A stretch of 64,000 nucleotides of DNA from Rhynchobatus australiae (GCA_034780895.1 JAUZTB010000001.1:98962559-99026558); one strand, 5' to 3'. Shown: positions 11,471 through 26,844, counted from the first letter of the stretch. Notes: generated from the sequence alone by a model not told the origin. Numbers and translations: made by a program.

Positions 11471-13959
11471 TTTATTTTTTCAAATGAGAATGCAGGCTTG
11501 AGTCCAGAATTGGACTCCCACTTCCATGTTCACGCACATCGGAAACTGCATCACTTCATTTCAGTGACTTCCTTCCAGTTATCTGTGGGAAGAGCATTTT
11601 TATCATGCTAAAGATTACAGATTCTTTTGGGAGAAAAAAAAGTTGCAAGAAAGAAACAAACCTAGTAACAAATGATGAAACATCATTTTATCAGCCAAAT
11701 TATAAAACCTTTAATAGTTAGAATTTCTCAGTTATTTACAAATAAATATTCTCCATCCTATTTCTATATTCCTTTGTGTTGGCATCATTTGCATCATTCA
11801 CCCATCGGTGATCCAGTTGACATTATTTTCTCTAGGATCTCCTCTTTGTGTCCATCTCTATGTGAATTGATGCATCTTTACCTGGCATAATTTAAAATAC
11901 AAAATACAGAAATAAAGGTCTGACTAAAGAGAACCATGTATCTCTGTCTGAATCCTACCCACACCAATTCACTCTATTCTGCTTTCCAAAGGTTACTTCA
12001 GTCGTGAAAAGAGTCGAGTTACTAACCATTCCACAACAGAATTTCTCACATCAAGTTAGAATCATGAGGAAATAAGGTTTAAAAAAAAGATTACGGATCT
12101 GAGCTTCATATTATGTCCATAATTGAGATTCAAACAATTGCTGAGATCTCTGGCTGAGTACTTGCGTCATGCATCAATTGCTCTTTATATTACCTGAATT
12201 CATAATTGCTTTGAAACTCTCCAGATATAAAATATATCCATTACTGAAGTCCAAATTATAGTTTGCATTGTAAACTCTCTGACATGACAACATTGGCACT
12301 GAACAGTTTTTGCAGTTCATTTTAGTGCAAAATTTCATTCTGAAGTCAGTTTTTAAATCAAAAATGTTAAAATAAAGAAAGCTGGCAGAAATGACATTGG
12401 TCGTGACCTGAACCATCCCTTTACCAAGACAAACCTGTTGTCTGTGACTAGCTCATATTGTAAAATACCAGACTGAATTAGTGACAAAGACTGCTTTGTT
12501 GAATAGTCACTTTGAGCACAAATAGTTCTGGATTGTAATTAAATAGAAAATTACTACTTTTTTTTGGCTTAAGGCAAAGAGTTAGATATCTGATTTTGTT
12601 TCTCACCTGTCTGGAGTTCCAGTAATTAAGCAAAAGACAATGTGGACCATGTTCTACTACCATTACACAATGCTATAACAGGTTCAGGATATGAAGATTT
12701 TTGTTTGATCCATTGGGTTGTGGAGGAGTAGGCTATAAACCATTGGCTTAGGACACATCAATGCTGAGTTATTGTAAATATGTGTTAGATAAGAAAATGA
12801 AAATTTTGAGGGACAACTAGCTGTATGTTTTTACTAGTTCAAATGTTAGTGGATGAATGCACAGAACTTGAGAATGATATTTCAATGATTGCTCTGGTGA
12901 ATCATCACCAAACCATCTGTGAGCTAGAGTTCTTTAAGTCAGGGCTCTGTGTCAAGGGCTTAAGTTAAGGAATACTCAGGCTGAACGTCAACTGAGTCCC
13001 TGGCCGTTGGTCAGTTGAAAATTGCATCCTCATACTCATTTAAAAGAATTATAATACTTCAAAACTGAACCCATCATGTCAACTGCTGTTTGGATTAGAA
13101 CTGCTATATTTGTCATGACCTCTTAATCTGAGTGGATGCAGCAGTGGGTGCTAGGTGCACATTGCAGGTGGGCACCAATGAATATGTTTTGTTCCTTGAC
13201 CATTAACCAGCCCCTTGCCAGAAATTTTAACTGCTCATATTTAGGACTTGTGCCTTGAGTCAGAAGTGAGGTAGGGTGGTGGGGGTGGGTGGGAGACGAT
13301 GACGGTAAGTAAGAAGAATGAGGCTGAGGATAGTGTCAGTGGTGCATTGAGATAAGTGAGGGAGTGATGGAAATCAAGGTCAATTTTGTACTCTCAGTGA
13401 ATCTTGGAAATTTAAAGCCAAGGCCTGGAATCATTGAGTGTCTGGAGTGGTACCGCAGGAAGGAGCAGTGCGAGACGATGCATTGGAGCACTATGGATGG
13501 TTAAAGGTAAGGGGCTTAACTAACAGGGGTTACAGTATAGCATAACATCGGAAGGATCAAGTTTTTCCAGGGTTGCCCTCCAATGATCACTCCCGGAATA
13601 CACATTGATCTGGAAATGATTATTATCACGTTACACCCAAGAAAATAATTTCATATCACTGAAACATATAGCATTATGTGATCAAATTTATAGGCAATTG
13701 TTTCATCATTTACCCTTAGTTCAGGATTTTATTTGATGCCAAGAAAGAAATACTGATTTAGTGTAAATTACACTGCTTTCAGTCTGTTTGGAAATGAGTT
13801 AAATTATTCACCCTTTATATCTTTGGCACTTGTGGAAGTAATTTCCCAGCCCCTTTCTACAAGTGTGAATAAAATAGACTGAACAACTGTGACTTGAGGC
13901 TTAATGGCCCTTTTGTTTTCAGGCATATTATTTACTCTTGAGCCTTTTCATGGAATATC

Positions 13960-14545
13960 TCCTTATCAGGCTGATCTTGGGGATCAAGAAGGACCTGTTT
14001 CCGCTCTGGCTGATGAGGTCAATGCAGGAACTGCAGACTTGTCCATAGCTCAGGAAGGTGATAGCTGATAAAGGTGGGTGGATGATAGTTTGTGAGGTGG
14101 TGCTCTCCTTCTGCAACTCACATGGGGCTTCTGTATGCTCCCGATGCATGGCCTTGAGGTTCCCAATATTATCCTGATTACTCCTTTATTTTGAGTGATT
14201 GTGGACCAGAGATTCCCCAGTGGAAATGTTGCACTTCTTCAGGTAGACTTTGAGCACATCCTTCGATCTTTTCCTCTATTCACTTGGTAATTTCTTCCCA
14301 TAGCAGAGCTTGGAATAGATTATCCATCTCAGGAATCTGGTATAGGGCATGTAAATGACGTAGCCTGTCCAATATAGATGGCTGAGTGTGACTGGGGTTT
14401 CAATACTGGGGATGTTGGCCTTGGAAAGGAGTGTGACATTGATTTGTTTATCCTTCCAGTGAAGTTGGAGGATATTGTGAAGACGGGGATTGTGATATTT
14501 TTCCACTACCTCAAGTCATTTGCTGTAGGTAATCCATGTGTTAGA
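13960..14545 (-). mobile_element. RTE-clade LINE 3' fragment
   Basis: ORF 14276-14506 (LHNILQLHWKDKQINVTLLSKANIPSIE...LYWTGYVIYMPYTRF) resembles the RTE/BovB C-terminal ILxIxWxDxxTNxxVL...LRWAGHVxRM region. Confidence 0.8.
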
Positions 14546-17404
14546 AACATGGTTTATATTACAAATATGCATTTGTAATAATTTGCTTAGAGCTGCTGAA
14601 ATAATGGTTAAGAATTTGTATTTCAGACTAACATCTCGCATGCTGTATCCACAGTTACATAATTGAGCAAAGTGCAAAATTTAGAGAGTCCAGTGACAAA
14701 TGCAGTGGTAATTTTGTTACAATTCATTTGATTTTCTTTAACGCAGGAGCAAAAAATACTGACTTGCAGAGCTGAAGTGATGATTTTAAAAATGTACTGA
14801 AGTAGGGCTGTGTCTTTGGTGGACAAATCTGGCAAGAAGTCCATTTCTAAAAAGGTCTTTTGCAATCATTGTGATGTTAAACGTTGGCAGCTATACATTT
14901 CACTCAGGAAACTAGAAATATTCGACCTTGAACTGGTTCCACGATATTTGAATGATGGCAGCCTTTAAGCAGAGGAGAGCACCAAAAGATGGTCTTTCAG
15001 AAGTATCCCTCTTGTAATCTCCATTGAAGCTAATAAAATTAAATTGAAATCGTGCTATAGGTGTTATCTAAATTGGATGCACTGTTGAGGAAGAGCGAAT
15101 AGTCTTGCTGCACATGAACTGAATAACTATCCTTGAGATTTCTCTAATTTGCCAAATAAGCAGGCTGTTCTACTCATCTGTTTTTTTTATCTTTATCTGA
15201 ATACCCAGAAATTGAATTGAAGCAAAATAAAGGTCATTGTTTTCCAACTGGCTGAGATGCAGTTACCATTTTGTCATTCTGGAAAGCAAGTGTTCTAGGA
15301 ATGGTCCTAACAATTCAATCAGCCGTCAATTTGCATTACATCTTTAATAAGCACTGGATATTTTTATTCAATATGTGTACTCGCCTTTTGCTGGCAGCTC
15401 TGTGGAGATGTACCAGGAAGTTCTCCTCCAGGTCAACTTGTTTCTGACATTTGTGCCTGTAAATCTGACTCCCCACTTCGCCACTAGGCTCACCACTGAG
15501 CTGAGAGGTAGATGTGCGATTGCCCGGTGTTTGCAGCACAATCCCATTCATTTGAATGCAGTTGCCAACCTTGATTGAAAAGGGTGAATGCAGATAAGTG
15601 GTCTGAGACTTTTTAAAATTTTATCTTTATGTTTATAGTTAATGTAATGAATTTCCAGATCTGTAAATGACATAAGTAGGTTTATTTTTTGTCAATTATT
15701 TTAATCTATTTTAACATTGTTTCAGTGTCTCTTTATTAGGAACATTTAGAAACAGTTCAAAGGCCATGAAGGAGGGAGAGGGCCTTGGGATCTAGTGCCT
15801 CTGGCTTAGCTGCTACTGACAGCTTGCCCTACCTGAGAGGATGGCCGTATCATCCTGACCTCCAGTCTGATTGCCCTGCGAGGCCTCAAAAAGTGCAGAT
15901 ACAGTGTATGAACACAGGCGGTGGACTGGATCGAGCATGATTGAGCTCATTATTTTTGCAAATAGCAACTTCATTCATTATTAGATGCTATTCTTTTGTG
16001 GTAACAGACCAGTGTGCTTCTCAGGTGGTCTCTACCCAGTTCATTCCAGTTTAATTTGTTTTAACTTGTCCTGTCTGTGCAGGTTTCGCTGGCTTTCTTT
16101 CATCATTCATCTATCCATCTCATTCTGTCCCCCTCTCCTGTTTCTCCCTCTATCTCCACAGAAGGAACGGGAAAAGAAAAGCAAAGTTCAAGCTGAGATG
16201 CAAAGACATTTGGGGAGAAACGAAATAAAAAGTTATTGATTATTGAGAACTTTTACCCAAAATTTGCCATGATCTTAGTATTAGGAATGACATTGTAGCT
16301 TTAAAGGGCCGAATGGCCTACTTCTGTTTCTATTTCTCTGTTTCTATGACAAAAGAATAATGGATCTCACAAATTAATAAGCATGTTTCTTTTTATTTTT
16401 CTCATTTTGCTGTTTTCTTTCCTTCATTAAATCGCTCATCATCTCTCATTGATCAGTCATTTGCAAATCTAGTAAAGAGAACCATTACTTACATCAAACA
16501 CATTTTAATGAATAGTATGGCAACTTTTCAGATTATATTTCGGAATGCTGCCATCCTTTTTGATCCTCTCTTATTTAAAACCAAAGATCATGGAATACTT
16601 AAATATCAAGCTTACACTTAATTGAACAAAATATAAAAAAGCTAATTGAAATGCTGAAATATTAGAATACTTCACAATTTTCTTTCATAAATTAATTTTG
16701 ATTTACAATAGATTCTGTCTAAGAAAGCAGATTTTAAAGTCACTGATAAATGTTAAGAATAGGATAGATGTTAATGTCAAGGTCAGTCATTTAATTATCA
16801 TAGTAGAGTTCTTTAATTAATTTTAATTGCTTAATTTTACTATATTTAGTGATGTCGACGTCCAGTTCCAAAACTCCAATTATATTGACTATGATTTTGC
16901 ATATCATTACGCAAACATTTCAAGGTTGGCAGCTACTCATAAATTACTTCTGCTTGACAGGAAGTGGGGTTTTGGGAGGACAGTTGGGGGGTGGGGGGGT
17001 GGCCATCTACTGGANNNNNNNNNNNNNNNNNNNNNNNNNNNNNNNNNNNNNNNNNNNNNNNNNNNNNNNNNNNNNNNNNNNNNNNNNNNNNNNNNNNNNN
17101 NNNNNNNNNNNNNNGGGCGGACAGTTGGGGGGTGGGGGAGGAAGATTAAATTAATGTAATAATATCTCTTTCCCACATATGTTTCCCTGATATTTAATTT
17201 TTCACAGGCAAGGTTAATTGTGGAGGCACTAAATAACAATTGAATGAAGAAAGCTTAAGCCCCTTTGGCTCACCCCCCCCCCCCCCAACCCCCCATGGAT
17301 GATTTTCTTCAATTGTCTCAAGAAATAACTTCCTTAAACAATTTGCATTGATATTGGGCAGAGCGTTGGCAGGTAGAATTGAAGTTCAAGTTAATATTTA
17401 TTGT

Positions 17405-18510
17405 CATGGGCAGACATAACTAAGGGTATAAATCCTGACAACTGCAATGTGACCCATTTTGGGAAGTCAAATAGAGGTCAGACGGGAACAATAAATGATA
17501 CGGCGCTAAAGAATGTTGACGGACAAAAGGATGTTGGGGTTCAAGTCCACATTTCCCTGAAAGTTGCAACACCGGTAGATAAGCTTGTGAAGAAGGCATT
17601 TGTCATGCTTGCCTTCATAGGCTGGAGCATAGAATATGATAGTTGGGACATTACATTGCACTTTACGAAGCACTGGTTAGACAACACTTGTGTGCAGTTC
17701 TAGTTGCCAGACTANNNNNNNNNNNNNNNNNNNNNNNNNNNNNNNNNNNNNNNNNNNNNNNNNNNNNNNNNNNNNNNNNNNNNNNNNNNNNNNNNNNNNN
17801 NNNNNNNNNNNNNNNNNNNNNNNNNNNNNNNNNNNNNNNNNNNNNNNNNNNNNNNNNNNNNNNNNNNNNNNNNNNNNNNNNNNNNNNNNNNNNNNNNNNN
17901 NNNNNNNNNNNNNNNNNNNNNNNNNNNNNNNNNNNNNNNNNNNNNNNNNNNNNNNNNNNNNNNNNNNNNNNNNNNNNNNNNNNNNNNNNNNNNNNNNNNN
18001 NNNNNNNNNNNNNNNNNNNNNNNNNNNNNNNNNNNNNNNNNNNNNNNNNNNNNNNNNNNNNNNNNNNNNNNNNNNNNNNNNNNNNNNNNNNNNNNNNNNN
18101 NNNNNNNNNNNNNNNNNNNNNNNNNNNNNNNNNNNNNNNNNNNNNNNNNNNNNNNNNNNNNNNNNNNNNNNNNNNNNNNNNNNNNNNNNNNNNNNNNNNN
18201 NNNNNNNNNNNNNNNNNNNNNNNNNNNNNNNNNNNNNNNNNNNNNNNNNNNNNNNNNNNNNNNNNNNNNNNNNNNNNNNNNNNNNNNNNNNNNNNNNNNN
18301 NNNNNGTTTTCAAGGGGATTTGAGGGGCAAGTTTTTTTTTACACAAAGAATGGTTGCTATCTGGAACTTGTTGCCAGAGGCACTTTAATAGGCAAGGCAT
18401 TGAAGAATATGGACCTAATGCAGGGAAATGGGATTAGTGTAAATGAGCAAAGAGGTTGCCATGGACATGGTGAGTTGAAAGGCCCGTTTCTACGTTGTTC
18501 AACTCTATGA
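17405..18510 (+). mobile_element. CR1 LINE ORF2 3' part and tail (middle in N gap)
   Basis: CNVTHFGKSN...DVGVQVHISLKVA...VKKAF..LAFI before the gap; FQGDLRGKFFFTQR.V..WNLLP after it. Confidence 0.85.
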
Positions 18511-19129
18511 TAGCATTGAATCTGTATACAGCATTGGCTATCAGAAAATCTGTAGGATTAGATTGTGTAGTATTTTCTTTATACCATAATGGAAATATGG
18601 ATGTTATAGCTGTTGGAGCAGATCCAAAGGTATTTGCAATATGCATGAGCATTGCAGGTGATTGTTTATTGATAAAATATATTTTTAAAATTGTTGATTG
18701 AATGCACCCGGATAATTTTCTTTTCCTCTCCATTTGAGGACGACATCTAGTGATATACAGTAAATCAATCCAAGGTTTGCCATACCTTTGCAACTGAATG
18801 CAAGATCTATATGGGAATGACAAGGAATTAACCAATTCATATTGTGTGCATGTTTGCCTCTATATTCCATGTGCAGTAGATGTGAGCACTGGCTCATTAT
18901 GACATATCAGCTAAAGTCACAATTTTTAATGGGCTACAGAGTGTGATTCTTAGGATCCTCACACCATGTTCCCACCACCTGCCCGGCTATTTGTTCCTTT
19001 GATTCACAGTTTCACTCACAATATTCATTATGGATATTAATACTCAAATTTTTGGCTGTTTTCCAGGCTTACACATTGCCCTGTCTCTGATCTTTCTTTC
19101 ATACTTGATACTTTCTTTCATACTTTAAT

Positions 19130-20165
19130 CATAAAGCACGGAAAACAGGCCCTTCAACCCCACTGGTCCACGCTAACCAAGATGCCCATTCATGCTAGTA
19201 CCATTTGCCAGTGTTTAGCCCATAACCTTATAAAATATTCATATCCATGTACCTGTCCAACTGTCTTATTAAAGTTGTTATTGTACCTGCCTCAACCACT
19301 TCCTCCAGCAGCTCACTCCACATAAGTACCACCCTTTGTGTTAAAAAAAATTGTCCCCCAAGTTCCTATTAAGTCTTTCCCCTCTCACCTTAAACCTATG
19401 CCCTCTAGTTCTTAATTCCCTAACCCTGGGAAAAAGATGGAGTGCATTCACCCTAGCTATGCCCCTCTTGATTTCGTACACCTCTCTAAGATCACCTCTC
19501 AGTTTCCTGTGCTCCAAGGAATAAAGTCCTAGCCTGTTCAACTGTTCCCTGTAACTCAGTCCCTCAAGTTTTGGCAACATCTTTGTAAATCTTTGCTGCA
19601 CGCTTTCCAGTTTAATAACATTTTTCCTATACAGGGTGACCAAAACTGAATACAGTATTCCAAGTGTGGCCTCATCAGCGTTTTGTACAACTGCACCATG
19701 ACATCCCATCTTTTATACACAAGGCCCTGACTGACAAAGGCCAGCGTGCCAAAAGCTGCCTTCACCACCCTGTCTACCTGTGAGTACACTTTCAGTGAAC
19801 CATGTGCTTGAACACCAAGGTTCCTTTGTTCTACAATATTCCCCAGAGCCCTGCCATTCACTGTGAAAACCCTACCTTGATTTGACTTGCCAAAATGCAA
19901 CACATCACATTTATCTGAATTAAACTCCATTTGCCATTCCTTGGCCCACTTACTCAGCTGATCAAGATCCCCTTGTAATTTTTTGATGACCACCTTCACT
20001 GCCCACGATCCCACCTATTTTAGTGTCATATGCAAACTTACTAACCATGCTCTGTACATTCTTATCCAAATCATTGATAAAATTGACAAACAACAATGGG
20101 CCCAGCACCAACCCCTGAGGCACACCACTAGTCACGGGCCTCTAGTCTGAGAAACAGCCTTCCAC
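19130..20165 (-). mobile_element. 5'-truncated CR1 LINE (RT C-terminal half + 3' UTR)
   Basis: ORFs 19556-20014 (LQGDLDQL..WA..WQMEFN..KC...YKTLMRPHLEYCIQFWSP) and 19341-19709 (LESVQQRFTKM...LRGDL.EVY...TRGHRFKV). Confidence 0.93.
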
Positions 20166-21429
20166 TTCTCTAGCATATTCATTTGAAGGTTCCTCCACAT
20201 TTAGGGCAAGACACATCTGAAAAATAACCTGGATCAGGCTTCAAACAGTCTCAATTAAATGCAACAGTCAACTTCTTGATATCTGCATATCCTGCACATG
20301 CAGTCATGTAAGCAGCCTTAAAGCGATAAAGATCGTGTTTAAACTGGCTATATTTTGCTATACAAGAAACACTGAATTCGGATCTACTGTAATGGATTTT
20401 GTGACACTTTTGACGTGTAAAATTTTATGCTATCTGTGTTGGAGTTGTACATTTTAACCTGCAGTGTAAGCATTAGTTTCTCTGACAGAACAATTAAACG
20501 TACTCAGCAGAGCCTGTGATGTTTGAGTCCAACTGCCTTCAACCTTCTTAAGGTTAACTTCTATAAACAAAGCACTTTCTGCACCTGACNNNNNNNNNNN
20601 NNNNNNNNNNNNNNNNNNNNNNNNNNNNNNNNNNNNNNNNNNNNNNNNNNNNNNNNNNNNNNNNNNNNNNNNNNNNNNNNNNNNNNNNNCTGCACCTGAC
20701 ACGTTAACATTCATTAGTAGTCCCATCACAATTAAAATACTTTAATTTCAGTCCTGTTTTTTAAATGTATGTTTCCATATCTTGTTCAATGGAAATAATG
20801 CATAGAACATACATCTGTATCTTAGGTATTTCAAGCATTCATTATCAGCACCCTCAATTATTGTATTAATAATGTCACAAACTGCATTCTAGCAGAGAAA
20901 AAATAGAATATTTATTGCTATTGTATGTTTAAAGTATCCATTGTGAAGATGAAATTAAATTTTCAAATTTTATGAAGACCAAGTTGGCATAATATAATTT
21001 TCTGTACGGCATAGGCGAAATTCTTGCCAAACTAGTGGAGTGAAATCAGCACTTCTTTGGTGACTGTTAGACGATGAGTTCCCTATTGTGACTAAGTTCC
21101 TAATCAATGTTGGTTGTAAAATTCAGCTCCCAGTAGACATGGTTATGACATGTAATCTTGACATCTGCTGGTTTACAACAGCATTTTTCATAAAAAGGAA
21201 TCTTAAAAAGATGCATGTCATACCTGAGTGACCTTGCCTTTATATTTCCTTACTTCTCCTCAAGTAAACTGCACAGGAAAAGTGCTGATCCTAATGTAGA
21301 CTTGATATAATCATATATTTGTTGCATGATCTATCTGAAAAGATTCTGAAGTCACTAATGAGATTTCAGCAGTTTGCTTATTGCCACTAGCGAATAAGTT
21401 GTAAAGTGACATACCGTAGATAATTGGAA

Positions 21430-21890
21430 TAAAAACAAAATGCTAGAAACACTCAACAGGTTAGGCAGCATCTGCAGAAGGAGAAACAGAATTAACATTC
21501 CAAGTCAGAGACCCTTCATCACAACTGGGATAGGAAGGCATAAAAGGTAATTTTAAGTTTTAGAACAGGTGATGGGAAGAATGGATAGGNNNNNNNNNNN
21601 NNNNNNNNNNNNNNNNNNNNNNNNNNNNNNNNNNNNNNNNNNNNNNNNNNNNNNNNNNNNNNNNNNNNNNNNNNNNNNNNNNNNNNNNNCAAAGGTTGAG
21701 ACCAAGTCAAAAGGATTCGTGGAGGCATCAAAAGATTGTTATGCATTACTAACAGCAAGGATGCAGGGGCATAACCAGTAGGGCACATTGTACTAATGGA
21801 AAGAGAAAAACTTAGCCAATATTACAGATGAGAATTTCCACCAATTCCTGTGTTTATTTCAGATTAGCAATATCTGCAGATTTATTGATA
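21430..21890. mobile_element. Penelope-derived element (degenerate termini)
   Basis: aaatgctagaaacactcaacaggttaggcagcatctgc...gagacccttcatcac at left; an inverted remnant near 21830-21885. Confidence 0.5.
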
Positions 21891-23239
21891 CTCATTTAGA
21901 TAATTGGGAGATAAGCAATATATATTCCATGCCTTCCATGTTGTATTGCTAAGAAGGTGATGGTAGGGTTAGATAATAGGCAGTGATTTAAGTGCCAATG
22001 CCATTTTCCACCATGCAAGGTTCTTTCCTTCCCTGCGTGTTCCTTCGCTTGACAGCTGCCAATGTACTTGTTTGATGTTTCATAACCAATTTTCTCCCTC
22101 CTTCACCTACAGGCACAGTTTGTTCCTGGGTTGCAATTCCACAGATCTTCAGATCATCCAGCTTCCTAATACCTTACCCGAGGGGACATTCTTGATACTT
22201 AGAGAGATAGGAGGTAGATAAATTGTGAACTAATCTTCAGGTTTTTGACAGTTGGACTTTAGGTGTATTTCTAGTTCATTTCTATCCTAAGTTGGCGTTT
22301 TAAAGTTAATTTCATTACGAGGATGATTTCTTTTAAATACCCTTCCACTGTGCATTATTACATTATAGTGATGCCTATATGTGTAATGTTGAAACAGTAT
22401 TATTGTGCATTATGGGAGGCAGCATCCTGTTGATCTGAAACGTGGACAGTGAGCAGGGAATAATCAATGGGGGAACAAATTTGATTCCTGTGGCAAGAAC
22501 CAACAAGACTCAGGAATTTGCAACCCTGTAAAGTTGATTTATTTAGATAGAGTAGCTTTCTTTGTTGTTCTCTGTGTTGCAAAAGGGACAATGAACTGAA
22601 ACGTTCACTGAGAGCTGCTTCCTGTTAATTTTACCTTTTAATATATAGTTAACAATTGGCATTATGTCACCAGAATACTGTCCTGTCCACCTTAGAAAAT
22701 AGCACATAAAACATTGTATGGCTAGAATATTTGCAGAAAAGTTAAAATACTAATCATAGGTGCTGCGGTTTCTAATCATAGGATAAATTAGTGAGCCTGT
22801 CCTTACATGCCAGCTACAAATGTATACTTTGCCCCAGAAGCTACTGGATAATGACCAACAATGAGAAGCCTGACTTCTTACTCATACTCTTTAGCCTAGA
22901 GCACTGAGGAAACCTGCAATGCACTAATTGCTGCTCTTGTTCAACTTTTGTAGCTGAACACAGAGAGTGAATTGAGCCAGTGAGTACCTTTTTTATATAT
23001 ATAAAGCTAAGCTAGATGGAGCTTGATGCCTTTTACAGACCAGAGCATTAAGGAAATAGGTCTTTTCTATTCATGGTGGTGACAGGTTGGACTTTGTTCT
23101 TTTCAGAGTTAATTTCTGGATTTCTCAACAGAAAAATGATTTAAGTGCCAGAAGGTACAGTGTTTTTTTTCCTTAAGTTGCTTAAAATGCATCTTCAAGT
23201 CTTGTGTCGTAATCTACCTCAAAGCTTAGCTGAGAGTTG

Positions 23240-23870
23240 ATCATCATCTTGTTAAGGCAGACCCTTGCGTTCACCCTGATTTTGTGGTTCTGTGGAGGGT
23301 GATGAGGCCATTGTGGGAATTGCAGACTCTTTCACAGATGGGCCTGGTGGTGGCAGATGGTGGGAAGGGAGTGAGAAATTTGCAAGGTGGTCTTCTCCAT
23401 CCACACCTTATGCAGAGTCTTTCTGCACTTACAGCAGATACCCTTGGGGTTCTCAATACCACCCCAAATGTTGCTCCTCCATTTTGAGCAGTCACAGGCC
23501 TGCGATTCACATGAGCCAGTGAGAAACTTGCGTTTCTTCAAGGAGCCACTGAGCACATCCTTGAATCTTTTCCTGTCTTTGCCTGGCTATCTCTTCCCAT
23601 GACAGAGCTTGGAGTGGAGTGTCTTTTTGGGAGTCTCCTGTCAGGACACATGAACAACTCAGTCTGCACAGTGTGTAGTTGGGATCTTGATACCAGGGAT
23701 GTTGCCCGAGGAGAGGGCAGTGAAGTTGGTTCACCTACCTTTGCAGTGAATTTGGAGAATTTTTCAGAGACAGCATTGGTGATATTTTTTCAATGCCTAG
23801 AGATGCCTGTTATAGGTTGTTCAGGTCTCAAGAATATAGGAGGTAGGGATCACTGCTACCGGTAGACTAG
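23240..23870 (-). mobile_element. RTE-clade LINE 3' fragment
   Basis: Parallels 13960-14545 (gagcacatccttgaatcttttcc...cagagcttgga...gaattttggag...). Confidence 0.7.
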
Positions 23871-25499
23871 GCTTGATCAAAAAAAAAACTTGTTCCCCAG
23901 TTGATTAAAAGTTCTGCTAACGCATTAAAAGAGGTGCATTTCTTCATCCATGTCTGCCTTTGCTGAGAGGTGGCTCCAGAGGTATGAATCACTTGGCTGG
24001 GGAATCCAGTGAGACGTGGGGCTTGAAATGTTTCAGCTGTGAGACAAATTGCCAACAATTTGAGCTGATGATTGCACAAATTTGAGAGTTCTTTGGGAAG
24101 GCAATGAGATCTATTGCTTGCTAGAGAACCAAAATTGGCAGAGAACAGAATCAGTTACCTCCCCTAAATTTTAATACATTATGTATGAAGAATTATATCA
24201 CTTGCTCATAAATGTAATAGCCACAGTTCCTTTATAAGAAATTAAAGAAAACTGCTATTCTATATATACACTTCAAAGTAAATTATATTCTTCTAAATAT
24301 GGGAAATTTCTTACAATTATTGTGAATCATGAAAATAGTAGCAAAATTGACTAATTAAACAATGTTGGTGAGAGTACACGTTAATGCACTTTCTTTGTAG
24401 GGGTGCCCTTGAAAAATTGAGATTTCCCAGAAGTCCACCAAAAATACTGCAACAATCCTGAGAATCCTATCAAAATTGATGGTGCTCTCAGTCCAAAATT
24501 TTGACAATTTTTATGGATTTCTTGCCATCCCCCCNNNNNNNCCGTTCAGTCCCAAAGAACCAGCATCCCAGAATTAAAACTAACAGTACAATGTCTGTGA
24601 GGCTTTGCTCCTCACAGTTTCTAAGGATGGCAGCTCACTGACAGGAGATCAGTGCTGTGTTTAGACTAGAGTAGTAACAATGAAATTTTCATGCTTTGGA
24701 GACTGGAACTATGGGCAAAATACCCGGTTTTACAGTGAGTTTGAATTGGTGAATTTATGGTTGTCGCAGAAGAAGCATGTTGCACAGCCGTGAAATATTT
24801 TTATTTAAATGTGATGTTTCTTTTGAATATTTATAATAATATGCAAAATTGTCTGTTGAGAAAAGTGTATTGAAGAGAAGAATGAAAAGAAAGCCTGATT
24901 CATGATCCATTCTTTGGAATTGTTCACCCCGGAGAGCTGTAGAGTCATTATATCCACTCAAGGCTGAGATTGTCTGATATTTGGTCTATAGGGGAGGTGG
25001 GGATTATGGGGAACAGGTAGGAAAATGCATTTCAGTCCCATTTAAATGATCAGCTGTGACCTTATTGAATGGCAGAGCTGGCTTAGATAGCCGTTTTTTC
25101 TACTTCTGCTCCTATTTCATTTGTTCTTATGCTGTCTTTTTCTTTAAAATTTGGCAGTGCTTTTCATCACTTGTTAATAAGTGCTTTTTTGTTAACTCTT
25201 GTCAGATGATATCCTAAATTCACCTTGTACTTTTACCATTAACAAAATCTGTTTTATTGCTTGTTTTAGCATTGTTTATGTGAATTAGAGTTATTTGCCT
25301 GTTGATGCTGGTGGTGATTGTTGGTGATCAAGGCTGTGACATTTTGTTTCACTGTATTAATTCTTAATTTCCTCTTGCTGTTGTCTTTCATTAATAGTTG
25401 ATTTTGCTTTACAGGGGTGGGGGGGGGTTGGATATTTTGAAACACATTTAAAAATGGCTTTCAAAAAACATCCCATTAAAGCATGCTTTTAATTGGCAG

Positions 25500-25561
25500 G
25501 TCTTGATCCAGAGAAGCATCTTGGGAAAACCTTGGATCAGATAGAACCACATCTCAATCAG
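25500..25561 (+). CDS. DPH6: DPH6 coding exon (human exon 6 homolog), (G)LDPEKHLGKTLDQIEPHLNQ
   Basis: ttggcag acceptor, donor gtaaat at 25562; 62 bp; phase 1 to 0; GLDPxKHLGKTL motif. Confidence 0.95.
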
Positions 25562-26844
25562 GTAAATTGACTTCCAAACATTGGGAGAAAAGGGAGATGA
25601 TAAATAGTTCTCCAGTTCATGCAGCCAAACTGCTTCCAACTGTGAAAACTTGCCTTTGTAAATGGTTTGAATGAAATAAAAATTCTATATGAATCTCTTG
25701 CAGTCAAGTCAACTCGCCTGAGTTCATCTGAAAGTATGTCTCTGTCTGCAGAACATACAAGTGACAGCTAACCACCATGAATTACAATCTCAAGGCAGCC
25801 TGCCAAATGCTGACTTTTTGTCTTAAATGTTCCTCCTTATTCAAGGCATTGGAAAGCTGGAATAAAAGCCGATGTCTTAGAAATGTTTTAAACTAAAATC
25901 TGACTTCTTAAATGAATCTCGGATGGGATTTCACTTTGGCTTCCAAAGAATATTTGCTTTTTATTGAGTCTTAATATCAAATCGTTAAAACCCCTTTTTT
26001 GACATTTTGAAATAAGTGGCTGTGAATTAAGAAGTCTGATGACCTACCTTTGGTACAGTGTCCTCAATCCTTGAAAGTCTTAATGCATTAATCTATAATT
26101 TACTTCATTCACTCCCTGTTGTGGACTGATGGAGATTATCAAGTTTTGGGAGAAGGATTTTCTAGTTTTTTTGTGTGTCATAAAAGCCTACATGGCAGTC
26201 TGTCTCTGTCATAAAGAACTGGAGGTCTGGCATAGAGCCATAGCTCTTGAATTACATGGAATCAAGTGGTTTATAGCAGATTACAGGAACAAAGTCTCTG
26301 AAAGTGTTTTCTCCCTCTGTTTCCCCTGCATTATTCATTGACTCGACTCAGGTGTATTTATGAATTTACAATCAAGGAGTAAGAGAATGTGACCTGTGAA
26401 GTTAGGAACTTAACTTTCCCTGGCCATGGAAGATCTAAATTTTCTGTGACTGTTAGTAAAGTTAAATCATCCAGTCGTAGTTGTTCAGTAACCCCTGTAT
26501 CTTAACCCATGGCAGGGAGCTTTGGGGTTATTATTTTAAGTATCAGAACTGAAAAACAAAGCACACGGCATTTCAAAAAAATTATCATGTCTGCAGAGAT
26601 TACTGGTCTGCTGGATGACGTGGAGCTGCCAGATTCCCTGTAGGAATATGAATCTGGGTTACGTACCATGGTTTAGTGACGCCACCATCTTTTTAATAAG
26701 GAAAATGTATATTACTACAAAAAGTCTTTGTGTCACACTTTAAACTTGTGCGGAGGAAGAGAATGAGTTGATCCAAAAGGTTTCATTCTTAGATCTGCTG
26801 CCCCTTAGTGATATTTTCTGTAAAGAGGCAATCCACTGCCATTT